A stretch of 59,459 nt of DNA from Eubacteriales bacterium (GCA_045592305.1 JAZNUO010000108.1:1-59459); one strand, 5' to 3'; shown: positions 17,779-25,308, counted from the stretch's first letter. Numbers and translations: made by a program. Notes: generated by a model not told the origin, from the sequence alone.

Positions 17779-17803
17779 AAAAAAAGGACTCTCGTTAGAG
17801 TCC
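17779..17803 (-). terminator. Rho-independent terminator (minus strand)
   Basis: The minus strand reads GGACTCT-aacg-AGAGTCC followed by TTTTTTT (7-bp stem at 17786-17803, T-run at 17779-17785). Confidence 0.6.
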
Positions 17804-17978
17804 AATTATGAGAAAATTTCAGAATTTACAATTTATTCACACGTTTTTCGACCATTTTTGCCCCATTTTCGCTCTTTTTCGTCTCCGAGTCGGTTGGTGT
17901 CCCGTTGCCCGTCAAAACCGAACCTTCCCGTTTTGCCCTCGAAACGAACACCCAGACCCCCAAAAATCCATTGATAGC

Positions 17979-18012
17979 AAAAGAAAAAGTCCACAACATC
18001 GCTGTTGTGGAC
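17979..18012 (-). terminator. Rho-independent terminator immediately downstream of the tRNA 3' fragment
   Basis: Perfect 9-bp stem GTCCACAAC / GTTGTGGAC (17989-17997 and 18004-18012) with a 6-nt loop. On the minus strand it is followed by TTTTTCTTTT. Confidence 0.7.
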
Positions 18013-18017
18013 TTGAA

Positions 18018-18044
18018 TGGCGGAGATGGAGAGATTTGAACTCT
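18018..18044 (-). other. Orphan tRNA 3' fragment (T-loop plus 3' acceptor strand plus CCA): candidate attL core of the prophage
   Basis: The minus strand reads AGAG-TTCAAAT-CTCTC-CATCTCC-G-CCA. That is a T-loop consensus, a 7-nt acceptor 3' strand, discriminator G and an encoded CCA, with a GGAGA.../G73 flavour like Firmicute tRNA-Ser. The sequence 5' of it (AATAAAGGAAATGAAC) is not tRNA-like, so this is a fragment, not a gene. Confidence 0.6.
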
Positions 18045-18083
18045 GTTCATTTCCTTTATTGACAACGGATTTTTTGTGGTTGA

Positions 18084-19115
18084 CTACTTATTGACTCCGT
18101 GATTGTTCAGTATTTGGGCGGCCTCCGCTACGGCTTTCTCGCGGAAGTCGGTATAAATATCCATAGTGGTAGACAACTGCTTGTGTCCAAGTACCTCTTG
18201 GATGGTCTTCGCGGGGACCCCTGCCTCGAAGGCAACGGTGGCGAAACTGTGGCGTAATTGATGGAGGGTGCAGGTGGCTCCCGTGGACTCACGGAATTTT
18301 TTGTACATGGTGTCGTATCGTTTGGCGGTAAAGTACTTTCCCGGCGCGCCGTCTGCAAAAATAATATCTGTGTCCTTGGCGGCTCCGCGTATCTTAACCA
18401 GATGCTCCTTCAGCGGGGCGAGCAAGGGTACAATGCGGACTCCTGCCGCGGTCTTTGTGGTCTTGACAAAGGGCGTGTTTCCGTCATGGGCGAGTGATTT
18501 GGATACGTGTATCAGATTTCGGGCGAGGTCAATGTCCCCCCATGTGAGGGCAAGGATCTCGCCTTTTCGCATGCCGCTCATGAGGGCGAAGAATGGGAAC
18601 AGCCACTCGTCGGCATGATCCTTGACGATCTGCTCGTCGGCCTCGGAAGCTGCGTCCCGCTTGGTCTTGCCGGTTCCCTTGGGCGGTGATACGGAGGAGC
18701 AGGGATTGTAAACGATGTCATTTTGAAGGACGGCATGATCGCAAATCAGATTGATGACCATCCGCTGGTTGGAGAGGGTCTTCTGTGCGTATGCCGCCGC
18801 GAGGCTCTTTAAAAATAGGTTAATGTCTCGGGGTGTAATGTCCTTGATGCTGAACTCTCCGAAATGGACGACTGCACGATCCATTGCAGGCCTGTACGTG
18901 CTCACGGACTGGAGAGCAAGCCGTGGCTCGGTTTCTGACCACCATTCCTCCGCTATTTCGGCAAACGTCCTTCCCTTCTCGGCTTGACCTGTATATGCCA
19001 GAATCTTGCGGTTGATCTCCCGCTCGCTCTTGCCGTAGAAGCTCTTGGTTTTTCCTGTGCGGGGGTCGGTTATCTTCTTAACGTAGCGCCCGTCAGCGCG
19101 TTTTTTTAGAGGCAT
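18084..19115 (-). CDS. int: Tyrosine-type site-specific integrase
   Basis: Catalytic-region motifs ALMSGMRKGEILALTW (Arg), HQLRHSFATV (H-x-x-R), VLGHKQLSTTMDIYTD (His and Tyr nucleophile). The N-terminal SAM-like/core-binding region is typical of phage integrases. Confidence 0.95.
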   Translation of the reverse strand: MPLKKRADGRYVKKITDPRTGKTKSFYGKSEREINRKILAYTGQAEKGRTFAEIAEEWWSETEPRLALQSVSTYRPAMDRAVVHFGEFSIKDITPRDINLFLKSLAAAYAQKTLSNQRMVINLICDHAVLQNDIVYNPCSSVSPPKGTGKTKRDAASEADEQIVKDHADEWLFPFFALMSGMRKGEILALTWGDIDLARNLIHVSKSLAHDGNTPFVKTTKTAAGVRIVPLLAPLKEHLVKIRGAAKDTDIIFADGAPGKYFTAKRYDTMYKKFRESTGATCTLHQLRHSFATVAFEAGVPAKTIQEVLGHKQLSTTMDIYTDFREKAVAEAAQILNNHGVNK

Positions 19116-19130
19116 GTTAGTCCTCCTTCC

Positions 19131-19337
19131 TTAAAATTTGGGCAAATCTATTATTCCAAGCAAAACCATGGAGACGATTCCGAGAGACGTCACTATTATG
19201 TATACATAAACCCACTTGCGCCTCAGTTTCTCCTCCAGTTTCTCAACGGCCATGCAGAACGAAAATATTATATTAAATGAACCACCTACTGCAAATAAAA
19301 CCAGGATAAATTTGAATATTAACTCCACGATTTCCAT
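19131..19337 (-). CDS. Small two-TM membrane protein between int and repressor (moron; possible superinfection-exclusion function)
   Basis: MEIVELIFKFILVLFAVGGSFNIIFSFCMAV...WVYVYIIVTSLGIVSMVLLGII. The ATG at 19337 has GAGGA just upstream and lies 8 nt after the repressor stop. The function is a guess from position. Confidence 0.5.
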   Translation of the reverse strand: MEIVELIFKFILVLFAVGGSFNIIFSFCMAVEKLEEKLRRKWVYVYIIVTSLGIVSMVLLGIIDLPKF

Positions 19338-19344
19338 ATTATCC

Positions 19345-19812
19345 TCAAACATCGAGCAGTTTATCAACCGCCGCTTGCAAGTGCTCTTTTTCTCGATACT
19401 TGACAATCAGGTCAACCTCTTTGCCCGTGAGCTTGCCGATCATGATGCTTCCCTCGGGGGTAAGTTTGAATTCATGGTTGCTGTCCGCCGCCAAAGCGTT
19501 GACCTGCCTAACCACTTTGATTTGTTGGTCAATGTCCAGGGCGGCAAACGCGGTAAGTAGTTCGAGTTCCCAAGGGTTCTCGTTGTCCTCGGTAAGACTG
19601 CTTTCTTCTGACCATCCCATCAAATATGCGGGAGTTGTTCCGAGAGCTTGCGCCAGGGAAGCGATCTTATCGCGCCTCATGTTTTCAATCATGCCAGTTT
19701 CCCACTTGCGGACGGTACTCTTGCCAACACCAACGACATTCGCCACTTGCTCAAGCGTCAATCCCTGTTTCCTTCTCAATTCTCTGATCCTATAAGCCAT
19801 ATCCTTTGCCAT
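19345..19812 (-). CDS. XRE-family HTH repressor (CI-like)
   Basis: MAKDMAYRIRELRRKQGLTLEQVANVVGVGKSTVRKWETGMIENMRRDKIASLAQALGTTPAYLMGW is a classic XRE HTH. The ATG at 19812 has SD GGGAGGG. The gene is divergent from the Cro-like gene. No S24 peptidase motif is seen in the C-terminal half. Confidence 0.85.
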   Translation of the reverse strand: MAKDMAYRIRELRRKQGLTLEQVANVVGVGKSTVRKWETGMIENMRRDKIASLAQALGTTPAYLMGWSEESSLTEDNENPWELELLTAFAALDIDQQIKVVRQVNALAADSNHEFKLTPEGSIMIGKLTGKEVDLIVKYREKEHLQAAVDKLLDV

Positions 19813-19839
19813 TTGATGACCCTCCCTTTCTTCACCATC

Positions 19840-19868
19840 ATTATACCACAAAAGTGTCCGTAATGCAA
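19840..19868 (-). promoter_or_regulatory. Repressor promoter (extended -10)
   Basis: The minus strand reads TTGCAT, a 17-nt spacer, then TATAAT, with TGG immediately 5' of the -10 (TGnTATAAT). The spacer contains GACACTTTTG. Confidence 0.6.
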
Positions 19869-19917
19869 CGCCTTTTTCATAAAAAACAAAAAAGTTTCGT
19901 AAAAGACAAAAAAGGTA

Positions 19918-19946
19918 TTGACAAATACCATGTGATGTGGTATTAT
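19918..19946 (+). promoter_or_regulatory. Early rightward promoter (Cro-side)
   Basis: TTGACA (19918-19923), a 17-nt spacer, then TATTAT (19941-19946). The spacer carries the inverted repeat ATACCA...TGGTAT. The near-palindrome GTGTCTTTTAAGACAC (19951-19966) lies just downstream. Confidence 0.6.
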
Positions 19947-19988
19947 GTTGGTGTCTTTTAAGACACTTTTGAGAAAGGAGGTGCAATT

Positions 19989-20207
19989 ATGAACAAGTCG
20001 TTACTTGAGTACGAGATGTCCAAACGCAACATTAGCAAGGGCTATATGTGTCAGCGTTTGGACATGTCGCGCTCCGCTTTTTACCGCAAGTGTAATGGTT
20101 TGTCTGAGTTCACTCAGAGCGAGATTCAGACCATCATTTCGGTTCTTGACGAAGTGGAGAAGATCGAGAACCCCATGTCCATTTTTTTTGGGCAGGAAGT
20201 GTCCTAA
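19989..20207 (+). CDS. Cro-like small HTH protein
   Basis: 72 aa with an HTH-like segment KGYMCQRLDMSRSAFYRKCNG. Strong SD AAAGGAGG. It is the first gene of the rightward operon and is divergent from the repressor. Confidence 0.75.
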   Translation: MNKSLLEYEMSKRNISKGYMCQRLDMSRSAFYRKCNGLSEFTQSEIQTIISVLDEVEKIENPMSIFFGQEVS

Positions 20208-20241
20208 ACGACACTTTCAAAAAAAGAAAGGAGGTTTCAAA

Positions 20242-20460
20242 TTGGAGAAACCGAACTACCGCACCAACCTCGCTCTGATTCAGAGCCTTTACCCCGACAA
20301 AGCCACTTTGACAATTGACGATGTATGCCGCGTCCTCGGCTGCTCCCGCAACACCGTGTATGCCTACATTAGCCGAGTCAAGGACCCGCTACCCTGTAAG
20401 CATATGTCCAAGCGCAAGATTGTTGTTCCTGTCGCGTCCCTGGCCAATTGGCTGTCGTAG
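20242..20460 (+). CDS. Small HTH (excisionase/HTH_17-like) DNA-binding protein
   Basis: TTG start 7 nt after AAAGGAGG. TIDDVCRVLGCSRNTVYAYISRVKDPLP...IVVPVASLANWL resembles excisionase-type wHTH proteins. Confidence 0.55.
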   Translation: MEKPNYRTNLALIQSLYPDKATLTIDDVCRVLGCSRNTVYAYISRVKDPLPCKHMSKRKIVVPVASLANWLS

Positions 20461-20467
20461 GATCAAA

Positions 20468-21238
20468 ATGGGACAACATATCCTATCACTATCCTACGGC
20501 AAGGATTCCCTCGCCTGTCTCGGAGCCATCGAGGAGCTGGGCTGGCCGCTTGACCGCATCGTACACGCAGAGGTTTGGGCTACCGACACAATCCCCGCAG
20601 ATCTGCCGCCGATGGTAGAGTTCAAGGCCAAGGCGGACAGGATCATCAAGGAGCGGTATGGGATTGATGTGGAGCATGTGAGGAGCAAATGGACTTATGA
20701 GAAACACTTCTATCGTCAGAGAGGGGAAAAGGCGAAGTTTCACGGTGCAATCTACGGATTCCCAATGCAGCAGCGTAACTGGTGTGTCGGGGGGCTTAAG
20801 ACGGATATACTGGACAGCGTAGACAAACAGGGGGTCACGTACATTGGCATCGCCGCCGACGAGCCGAACCGCTTCCACAATCTCACCGAGACCAAACGAT
20901 CCCCGCTGGTCGAGGCAGGCTGGACGGAGGCCATGTGCCGCAAGTGGTGCGAGGAAAACGACCTGCTCTCCCCGATCTACACAACGGCGACTCGTGGCGG
21001 CTGTTGGTTCTGCCATAATCAGGGCGTGTATCAGCTCCGTCTGCTTCGCCGCAACTACCCCGAATACTGGGCGCTGCTCCTCAAATGGGACTTGGACAGT
21101 CCCGTGACCTTTAAGCCCGACGGCCACACCGTCCACGACTTTGACCGCCGATTTGCCCTTGAAGACGAGGGCATCATCAACCCCATACATCCCTTTCGTT
21201 GGGCTATGCTTGACGGGGATGTGCAACTACGATTTTAA
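20468..21238 (+). CDS. PAPS-reductase/PP-loop ATP-pyrophosphatase family protein
   Basis: The PP-loop-like motif LSLSYGKDSLA near the N-terminus (SGGKDS type), and the C-terminal Cys cluster GGCWFCHNQ, are both typical of phage PAPS-reductase-like proteins. The ATG at 20468 is internal to ORF 20315..21238. Confidence 0.8.
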   Translation: MGQHILSLSYGKDSLACLGAIEELGWPLDRIVHAEVWATDTIPADLPPMVEFKAKADRIIKERYGIDVEHVRSKWTYEKHFYRQRGEKAKFHGAIYGFPMQQRNWCVGGLKTDILDSVDKQGVTYIGIAADEPNRFHNLTETKRSPLVEAGWTEAMCRKWCEENDLLSPIYTTATRGGCWFCHNQGVYQLRLLRRNYPEYWALLLKWDLDSPVTFKPDGHTVHDFDRRFALEDEGIINPIHPFRWAMLDGDVQLRF

Positions 21239-21261
21239 TTTTATTATCAAGGAGTTTTCAA

Positions 21262-23199
21262 ATGAAAGAAATCAAAGTCAAGTCTCTCGGCCTTGAGAAC
21301 TTCAAGTGCCACCGTCGCCTGAACATCGACTTCAACGGCGACAACGTCTCGATCTACGGCGATAACGCCAGCGGTAAGACCACCGTATACGATGCCCTGA
21401 TGTGGGTCCTCTTCAGCAAGGACAGCCACGGCAACGGCGAGAAGAACTTCGAGGTCAAGCCCCTCAATGAGTTCGGCGAGGTTGCCGACCATGACGCCCT
21501 CACCTCCGTGACCGCTGTTCTGCTGGTTGACGGCGTGGAGGTCGAGCTGAAGCGCACCCTGCGTGAGATCTGGTCTACCAAGAGGGGTCACACCGAGGCT
21601 TCCTACGATGGCAATACCTCCGAGTATTTCATCAACGGTGTTCCGGTCAAGAAGTTCGCCTTCGCCGATGCGGTTGAGGATATGGTATCCGAGGATACCT
21701 TCAGGATGCTGACAAGCATTTCCCACTTCGCCGACGGCATCTCGTGGCAGGATCGCCGAGCAGTCCTGTTTGACTGTGCGGGCACTCTGGACGATGCCAC
21801 GATCATGGCCACCGACGAGCGGTTTATCCCTCTGGTGACCGCCATGGGTTCCCTCTCCCTCGCCGACTACAAGCGTAAGCTCCAGGCCGATAAGAAGACA
21901 TACGCACAGAATAAGGTCGAGATCCCCGCGAGAATCAGCGAGTGCGAGAAGACCATTGAGGACGTGGAGGCTCTGGACTTCTCCGCCTACCGAGCCGAGA
22001 TGACCGCCCTCACGGGCAAGAAGGACCGCATTGAGGCTGAGATCATCGCCCTCCAGCACAACACCGCCGCGGACGAGAAGCGTTTGCAGATCAAGGAGGC
22101 GCAGTTGGAGCGCAAGCAGATCGAGGAGTCCAACAGACTGTTCCGCAACTCGCAGATCTCCGGCACCACCGACGTCTCCGCTCTTCGTCGTGAGCTTGAC
22201 CGCTATCAGCGCGAGAAGAAGACCAAGGAGGTTTCCCTCTCCACCCGCAAGAAGGCGCTCGCAGACCTTGACAAGCGTATCGCCGAGCACCGTGACCGCT
22301 GGATCGCTGTGAACGCCGAGACCTTTACCGGGGACATCTGCCAGTCCTGCGGTCAGACGCTCCCTACTGAGCGCGTACAGGCCGCCAAAGACATCTTCGC
22401 CGCCAAGAAGCGCGAGAGACTCAATGACATCGAGAATGCCGCTAACGCCCTCAAGAAGACCAAGAAGGACACCGAGGCGTCCATCAGCACCCTGGAGGAC
22501 GAGATCGCTCTCGCGCAGACCTGCATCGAGGCCAAGGAGGCAGAGATCGCCAAGGCCGAGGAGTCCCGCGTTGACCTCGTTGATATGGAGGGCTACGCAG
22601 AGGCGGTCAAGATCGCCGACGATAAGATCGCCGCGCTGAACGTTGAACTCACCGACCTGCTCATGGATACCGCCGACAGCCGCTCCGAGCTTGAGCGACA
22701 GTTAGTCGCCGTCAAGCGTGAAATCAACACCTGCGCCGAGATGATCGGTAAGGAGTCCCTGCTCACCTACTCCCGTGAGCGCGTCGAGAAGTTGAGAGAG
22801 ACCGCTCGCATGTCTGCCGAGGCTTTGGATAGGATCGAGGGAATGCTGATTCTGATCGACGATTTCACCCGCTACAAGACCGGCTTCGTCGAGGACAGCA
22901 TCAACAGTCTGTTCCGCATCGCTCGTTTCCGTCTTTTCCGTGAGCAGGCCAACGGCGGTATTGAGGACCGCTGTGACGTCGTTCTGGACGGCGTGCCTTA
23001 CATCGGTCTGAATAATGGCGCAAAGATTAACGTAGGCATCGACATCATCAACACCCTCTCCCGTGTCTACGGCGTTCGTGTCCCACTGTTCATCGACAAC
23101 GCCGAGAGCGTGACCCATCTGGAGCAGTCCGACAGCCAGATCATCCGTCTGGTTGTATCCGAAAACGATAAGGAGGTTCGTATCGAACATGAAAATTAA
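21262..23199 (+). CDS. SMC/Rad50/SbcC-like ATPase with central coiled coil and CxxC zinc hook
   Basis: Walker A YGDNASGKTT. Long E/K/R/L-rich heptad-like arms. CQSC sits at the midpoint (22339-22350). Walker B/D-loop VPLFIDNAES lies near the C-terminus. Confidence 0.85.
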   Translation: MKEIKVKSLGLENFKCHRRLNIDFNGDNVSIYGDNASGKTTVYDALMWVLFSKDSHGNGEKNFEVKPLNEFGEVADHDALTSVTAVLLVDGVEVELKRTLREIWSTKRGHTEASYDGNTSEYFINGVPVKKFAFADAVEDMVSEDTFRMLTSISHFADGISWQDRRAVLFDCAGTLDDATIMATDERFIPLVTAMGSLSLADYKRKLQADKKTYAQNKVEIPARISECEKTIEDVEALDFSAYRAEMTALTGKKDRIEAEIIALQHNTAADEKRLQIKEAQLERKQIEESNRLFRNSQISGTTDVSALRRELDRYQREKKTKEVSLSTRKKALADLDKRIAEHRDRWIAVNAETFTGDICQSCGQTLPTERVQAAKDIFAAKKRERLNDIENAANALKKTKKDTEASISTLEDEIALAQTCIEAKEAEIAKAEESRVDLVDMEGYAEAVKIADDKIAALNVELTDLLMDTADSRSELERQLVAVKREINTCAEMIGKESLLTYSRERVEKLRETARMSAEALDRIEGMLILIDDFTRYKTGFVEDSINSLFRIARFRLFREQANGGIEDRCDVVLDGVPYIGLNNGAKINVGIDIINTLSRVYGVRVPLFIDNAESVTHLEQSDSQIIRLVVSENDKEVRIEHEN

Positions 23200-23788
23200 G
23201 GACAGAGCAAAGCCCAAGGCTCCTCCCGTAGAGCCTGGCGTATATATGGCCGTTTGTATCGGCTTCATCGACTGCGGCGAGCAGTATTCCGAGAAGTTCA
23301 AGAGCTACTCCTCCAAGGGGATGTACGTGTGGGAGCTCATCGGCGAGACCATTGAGGTTGACGGCGAGCAGAAGCCCCGCCAGCTTTCCAAAGAGTTCAC
23401 TATTTCGGGGTCCAGCAAAAGCAACCTACGGAAGTTTATTGAGTCCTGGAACAGTAAGACCTACTCCGACGATGAATTCATGGAGTTTGACCTGTTCGAC
23501 CAGATCGGCAAGCCATGCCAGATCAATGTAGTGCTCAACGAGTCCAAGGAATATTCCAATGTGGACAACATCATGCCCATCCCCAGAGGCTTCCCCGTTC
23601 CTACCACCGACACCCCGCAGATTCGGTGGGATATGGACAACTGGGTCGACAAAGTGTTCTCCGAGCTTCCGGAGTGGATTCAGGAGAAGATCAAGAAGTC
23701 TACCCAGTACCAGAAAGCCCACGCACCCGACACGGCCATTACGGTCGACACCGCCACGGGCGAGGTTGGAGGGGAGTGTCCGATATGA
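23189..23788 (+). CDS. DUF669-like phage protein (recombination/ssDNA-associated accessory; function uncertain)
   Basis: MKIKDRAKPKAPPVEPGVYMAVCIGFIDCGEQ... resembles my recollection of DUF669-family phage proteins found next to recombination ATPases. The start overlaps the upstream gene end. The call is from memory only. Confidence 0.5.
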   Translation: MKIKDRAKPKAPPVEPGVYMAVCIGFIDCGEQYSEKFKSYSSKGMYVWELIGETIEVDGEQKPRQLSKEFTISGSSKSNLRKFIESWNSKTYSDDEFMEFDLFDQIGKPCQINVVLNESKEYSNVDNIMPIPRGFPVPTTDTPQIRWDMDNWVDKVFSELPEWIQEKIKKSTQYQKAHAPDTAITVDTATGEVGGECPI

Positions 23789-24483
23789 TTTTCCACTCCC
23801 TTGCCTCGTCCTCGGCTGGGAATGCGTATGTGGTCAGCGACGGTGAGACCCGTGTTCTGCTTGAATGCGGTCTCCCGCCCAAGAAACTCATGAAGCTGGT
23901 CGGCGGTCCGCTGACCGACTTCAAGGCCGTCCTTGTGACTCACGAGCACAAGGACCATGCCAAGGCCGCTCTTGACCTGATCGCCAAGGGTATGGAGGTC
24001 TACATGAGCGCGGGTACTGCTGAGGCTCTTGAGACCGACCTGTCCAAGACAGTTGAGCACATGCGGCAGTTCAGCGTTGGCAGTCTTGACATCGTGCCTT
24101 TCACAACTTTCCATGACGCTTCCGAGCCGCTGGGCTTTCTCATTCGCAGTCGCGTGGATGGCGAAGTCCTCGCTTTCGCCACAGACACCGTGAACCTCCG
24201 CTACCGTTTCCCAGGTTTGAACATACTCGCCATTGAGGCCAACTACACCGCCGAAGTGCTTGACCGATGCGAGAAGCTCCCCGAAAAGGTACGACACCGT
24301 ATCACCAACACGCACATGGAGATCGACACCCTGTGCGATTACCTCAAGACTCTCGATCTTTCCCAATGCCGCGAAATCCATCTGCTTCACCTCTCCGATT
24401 CTACAAGCAGGGAGGAGGAGTTCCTGTATAAGGTCAGGATGGTCGTGCCCAGGGGGGTCGTGGTGAAGGCTTGTCCGAAGTGA
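23785..24483 (+). CDS. Metallo-beta-lactamase-fold hydrolase/nuclease
   Basis: HxHxDH motif in VLVTHEHKDHAKA. The N-terminus SLASSSAGNAYVV is typical of the MBL fold. There is an ATGA overlap with the upstream gene. Confidence 0.85.
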   Translation: MIFHSLASSSAGNAYVVSDGETRVLLECGLPPKKLMKLVGGPLTDFKAVLVTHEHKDHAKAALDLIAKGMEVYMSAGTAEALETDLSKTVEHMRQFSVGSLDIVPFTTFHDASEPLGFLIRSRVDGEVLAFATDTVNLRYRFPGLNILAIEANYTAEVLDRCEKLPEKVRHRITNTHMEIDTLCDYLKTLDLSQCREIHLLHLSDSTSREEEFLYKVRMVVPRGVVVKACPK

Positions 24484-24492
24484 GGTGGAGTC

Positions 24493-25308
24493 ATGTCAGA
24501 TCGTCGAATGTTCGCAAAGACAATCACTTCAAGCGACTCCTTTCTGTCCATGCCTTTTTCGGCGCAGGCCCTGTACATCCACATCTGCATGTTCGCGGAC
24601 GATGAGGGCTTCATCAATAATGCCAGAATGGTACAACGGATGGTTGGGGCTGATGACTCCGACCTCGCAGCCCTGGTCCGCAACAACTTTCTCATCTCCT
24701 TTACAAGCGGCGTTATCGTCGTTAAGCACTGGTTCATCCACAATCAGATTCGCAACGACCGTCGCAAGCCTACAGTCTATAAGACCGAGCGATCCATGCT
24801 ATCAATCAAGGACAACAAATCGTACACCCTTACCAATCAACCAACTGACAACCAAGAGGCGACCGTCTGTCAACCAACTGACAACCAAGAGGCGACCCAG
24901 TATAGTATAGGTAAGGATAGTATAGTAGAGGATAGTATAGGTAAGAGTAGATTAGATGAGGTGAGTAAAGAAGAGAGTATAAATAACTCCTTCTACGAGG
25001 TCAGCATTCCGATGCGTGGCGGTGGGGTGTGGGCCCCGAAGGAGGAGGATGTCCAATCATGGCGTTTGGCTTTTCCCCACATCTCGGTTGTGGGTGAACT
25101 GTTTAGGATCAAAGTGTGGTTTGACGCTAATCCTGATCGCCTCAAGCAGCCGAAGGAAATCAAAAGGTTTGTCGTTGGATGGCTCGATAGGACAGAGAGA
25201 GAGACCATCGAGAAGGTGAACGCCAGACAACAAGCACCCCAGGAACAGGAAGAGGAGTGCAGTAACCCGTTCCTTCAAATGCTTCTCGAAGAGAGGGAAA
25301 AGCAATGA
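24493..25308 (+). CDS. Phage replisome organizer (SPP1 G38P-like N-terminal domain)
   Basis: MSDRRMFAKTITSSDSFLSMPFSAQALYIHICMFADDEGFINN... matches my memory of the Phage_rep_org_N family. The gene contains iterons in its middle, as origin-binding organizers do. Confidence 0.75.
   Translation: MSDRRMFAKTITSSDSFLSMPFSAQALYIHICMFADDEGFINNARMVQRMVGADDSDLAALVRNNFLISFTSGVIVVKHWFIHNQIRNDRRKPTVYKTERSMLSIKDNKSYTLTNQPTDNQEATVCQPTDNQEATQYSIGKDSIVEDSIGKSRLDEVSKEESINNSFYEVSIPMRGGGVWAPKEEDVQSWRLAFPHISVVGELFRIKVWFDANPDRLKQPKEIKRFVVGWLDRTERETIEKVNARQQAPQEQEEECSNPFLQMLLEEREKQ
24837..24960 (+). repeat. Iteron cluster: candidate phage replication origin inside the organizer gene
   Basis: The 28-bp unit TCAACCAACTGACAACCAAGAGGCGACC occurs twice (24837-24864 and 24870-24897). 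It is followed by three 15-bp units (T/G)ATAGTATAG(G/T)(T/A)A(A/G)G at 24901-24945 and then an AT-rich stretch. Confidence 0.6.

Noticed and set aside
17588-18065. ORFs 17588..17974, 17601..17798, 17808..18062 (plus) and 17826..18065 (minus)
   Set aside because: They span two intrinsic terminators, a promoter and the tRNA fragment. Their translations are Pro/Ser/Phe-rich low-complexity strings from a pyrimidine-rich strand, with no SD.
18018-18083. Possibility of a complete tRNA gene next to the integrase
   Set aside because: Only the T-loop, the 3' acceptor strand and CCA are present. The 40 nt on the 5' side (AATAAAGGAAATGAAC...) cannot form D or anticodon arms. I annotated it as an att-site fragment instead.
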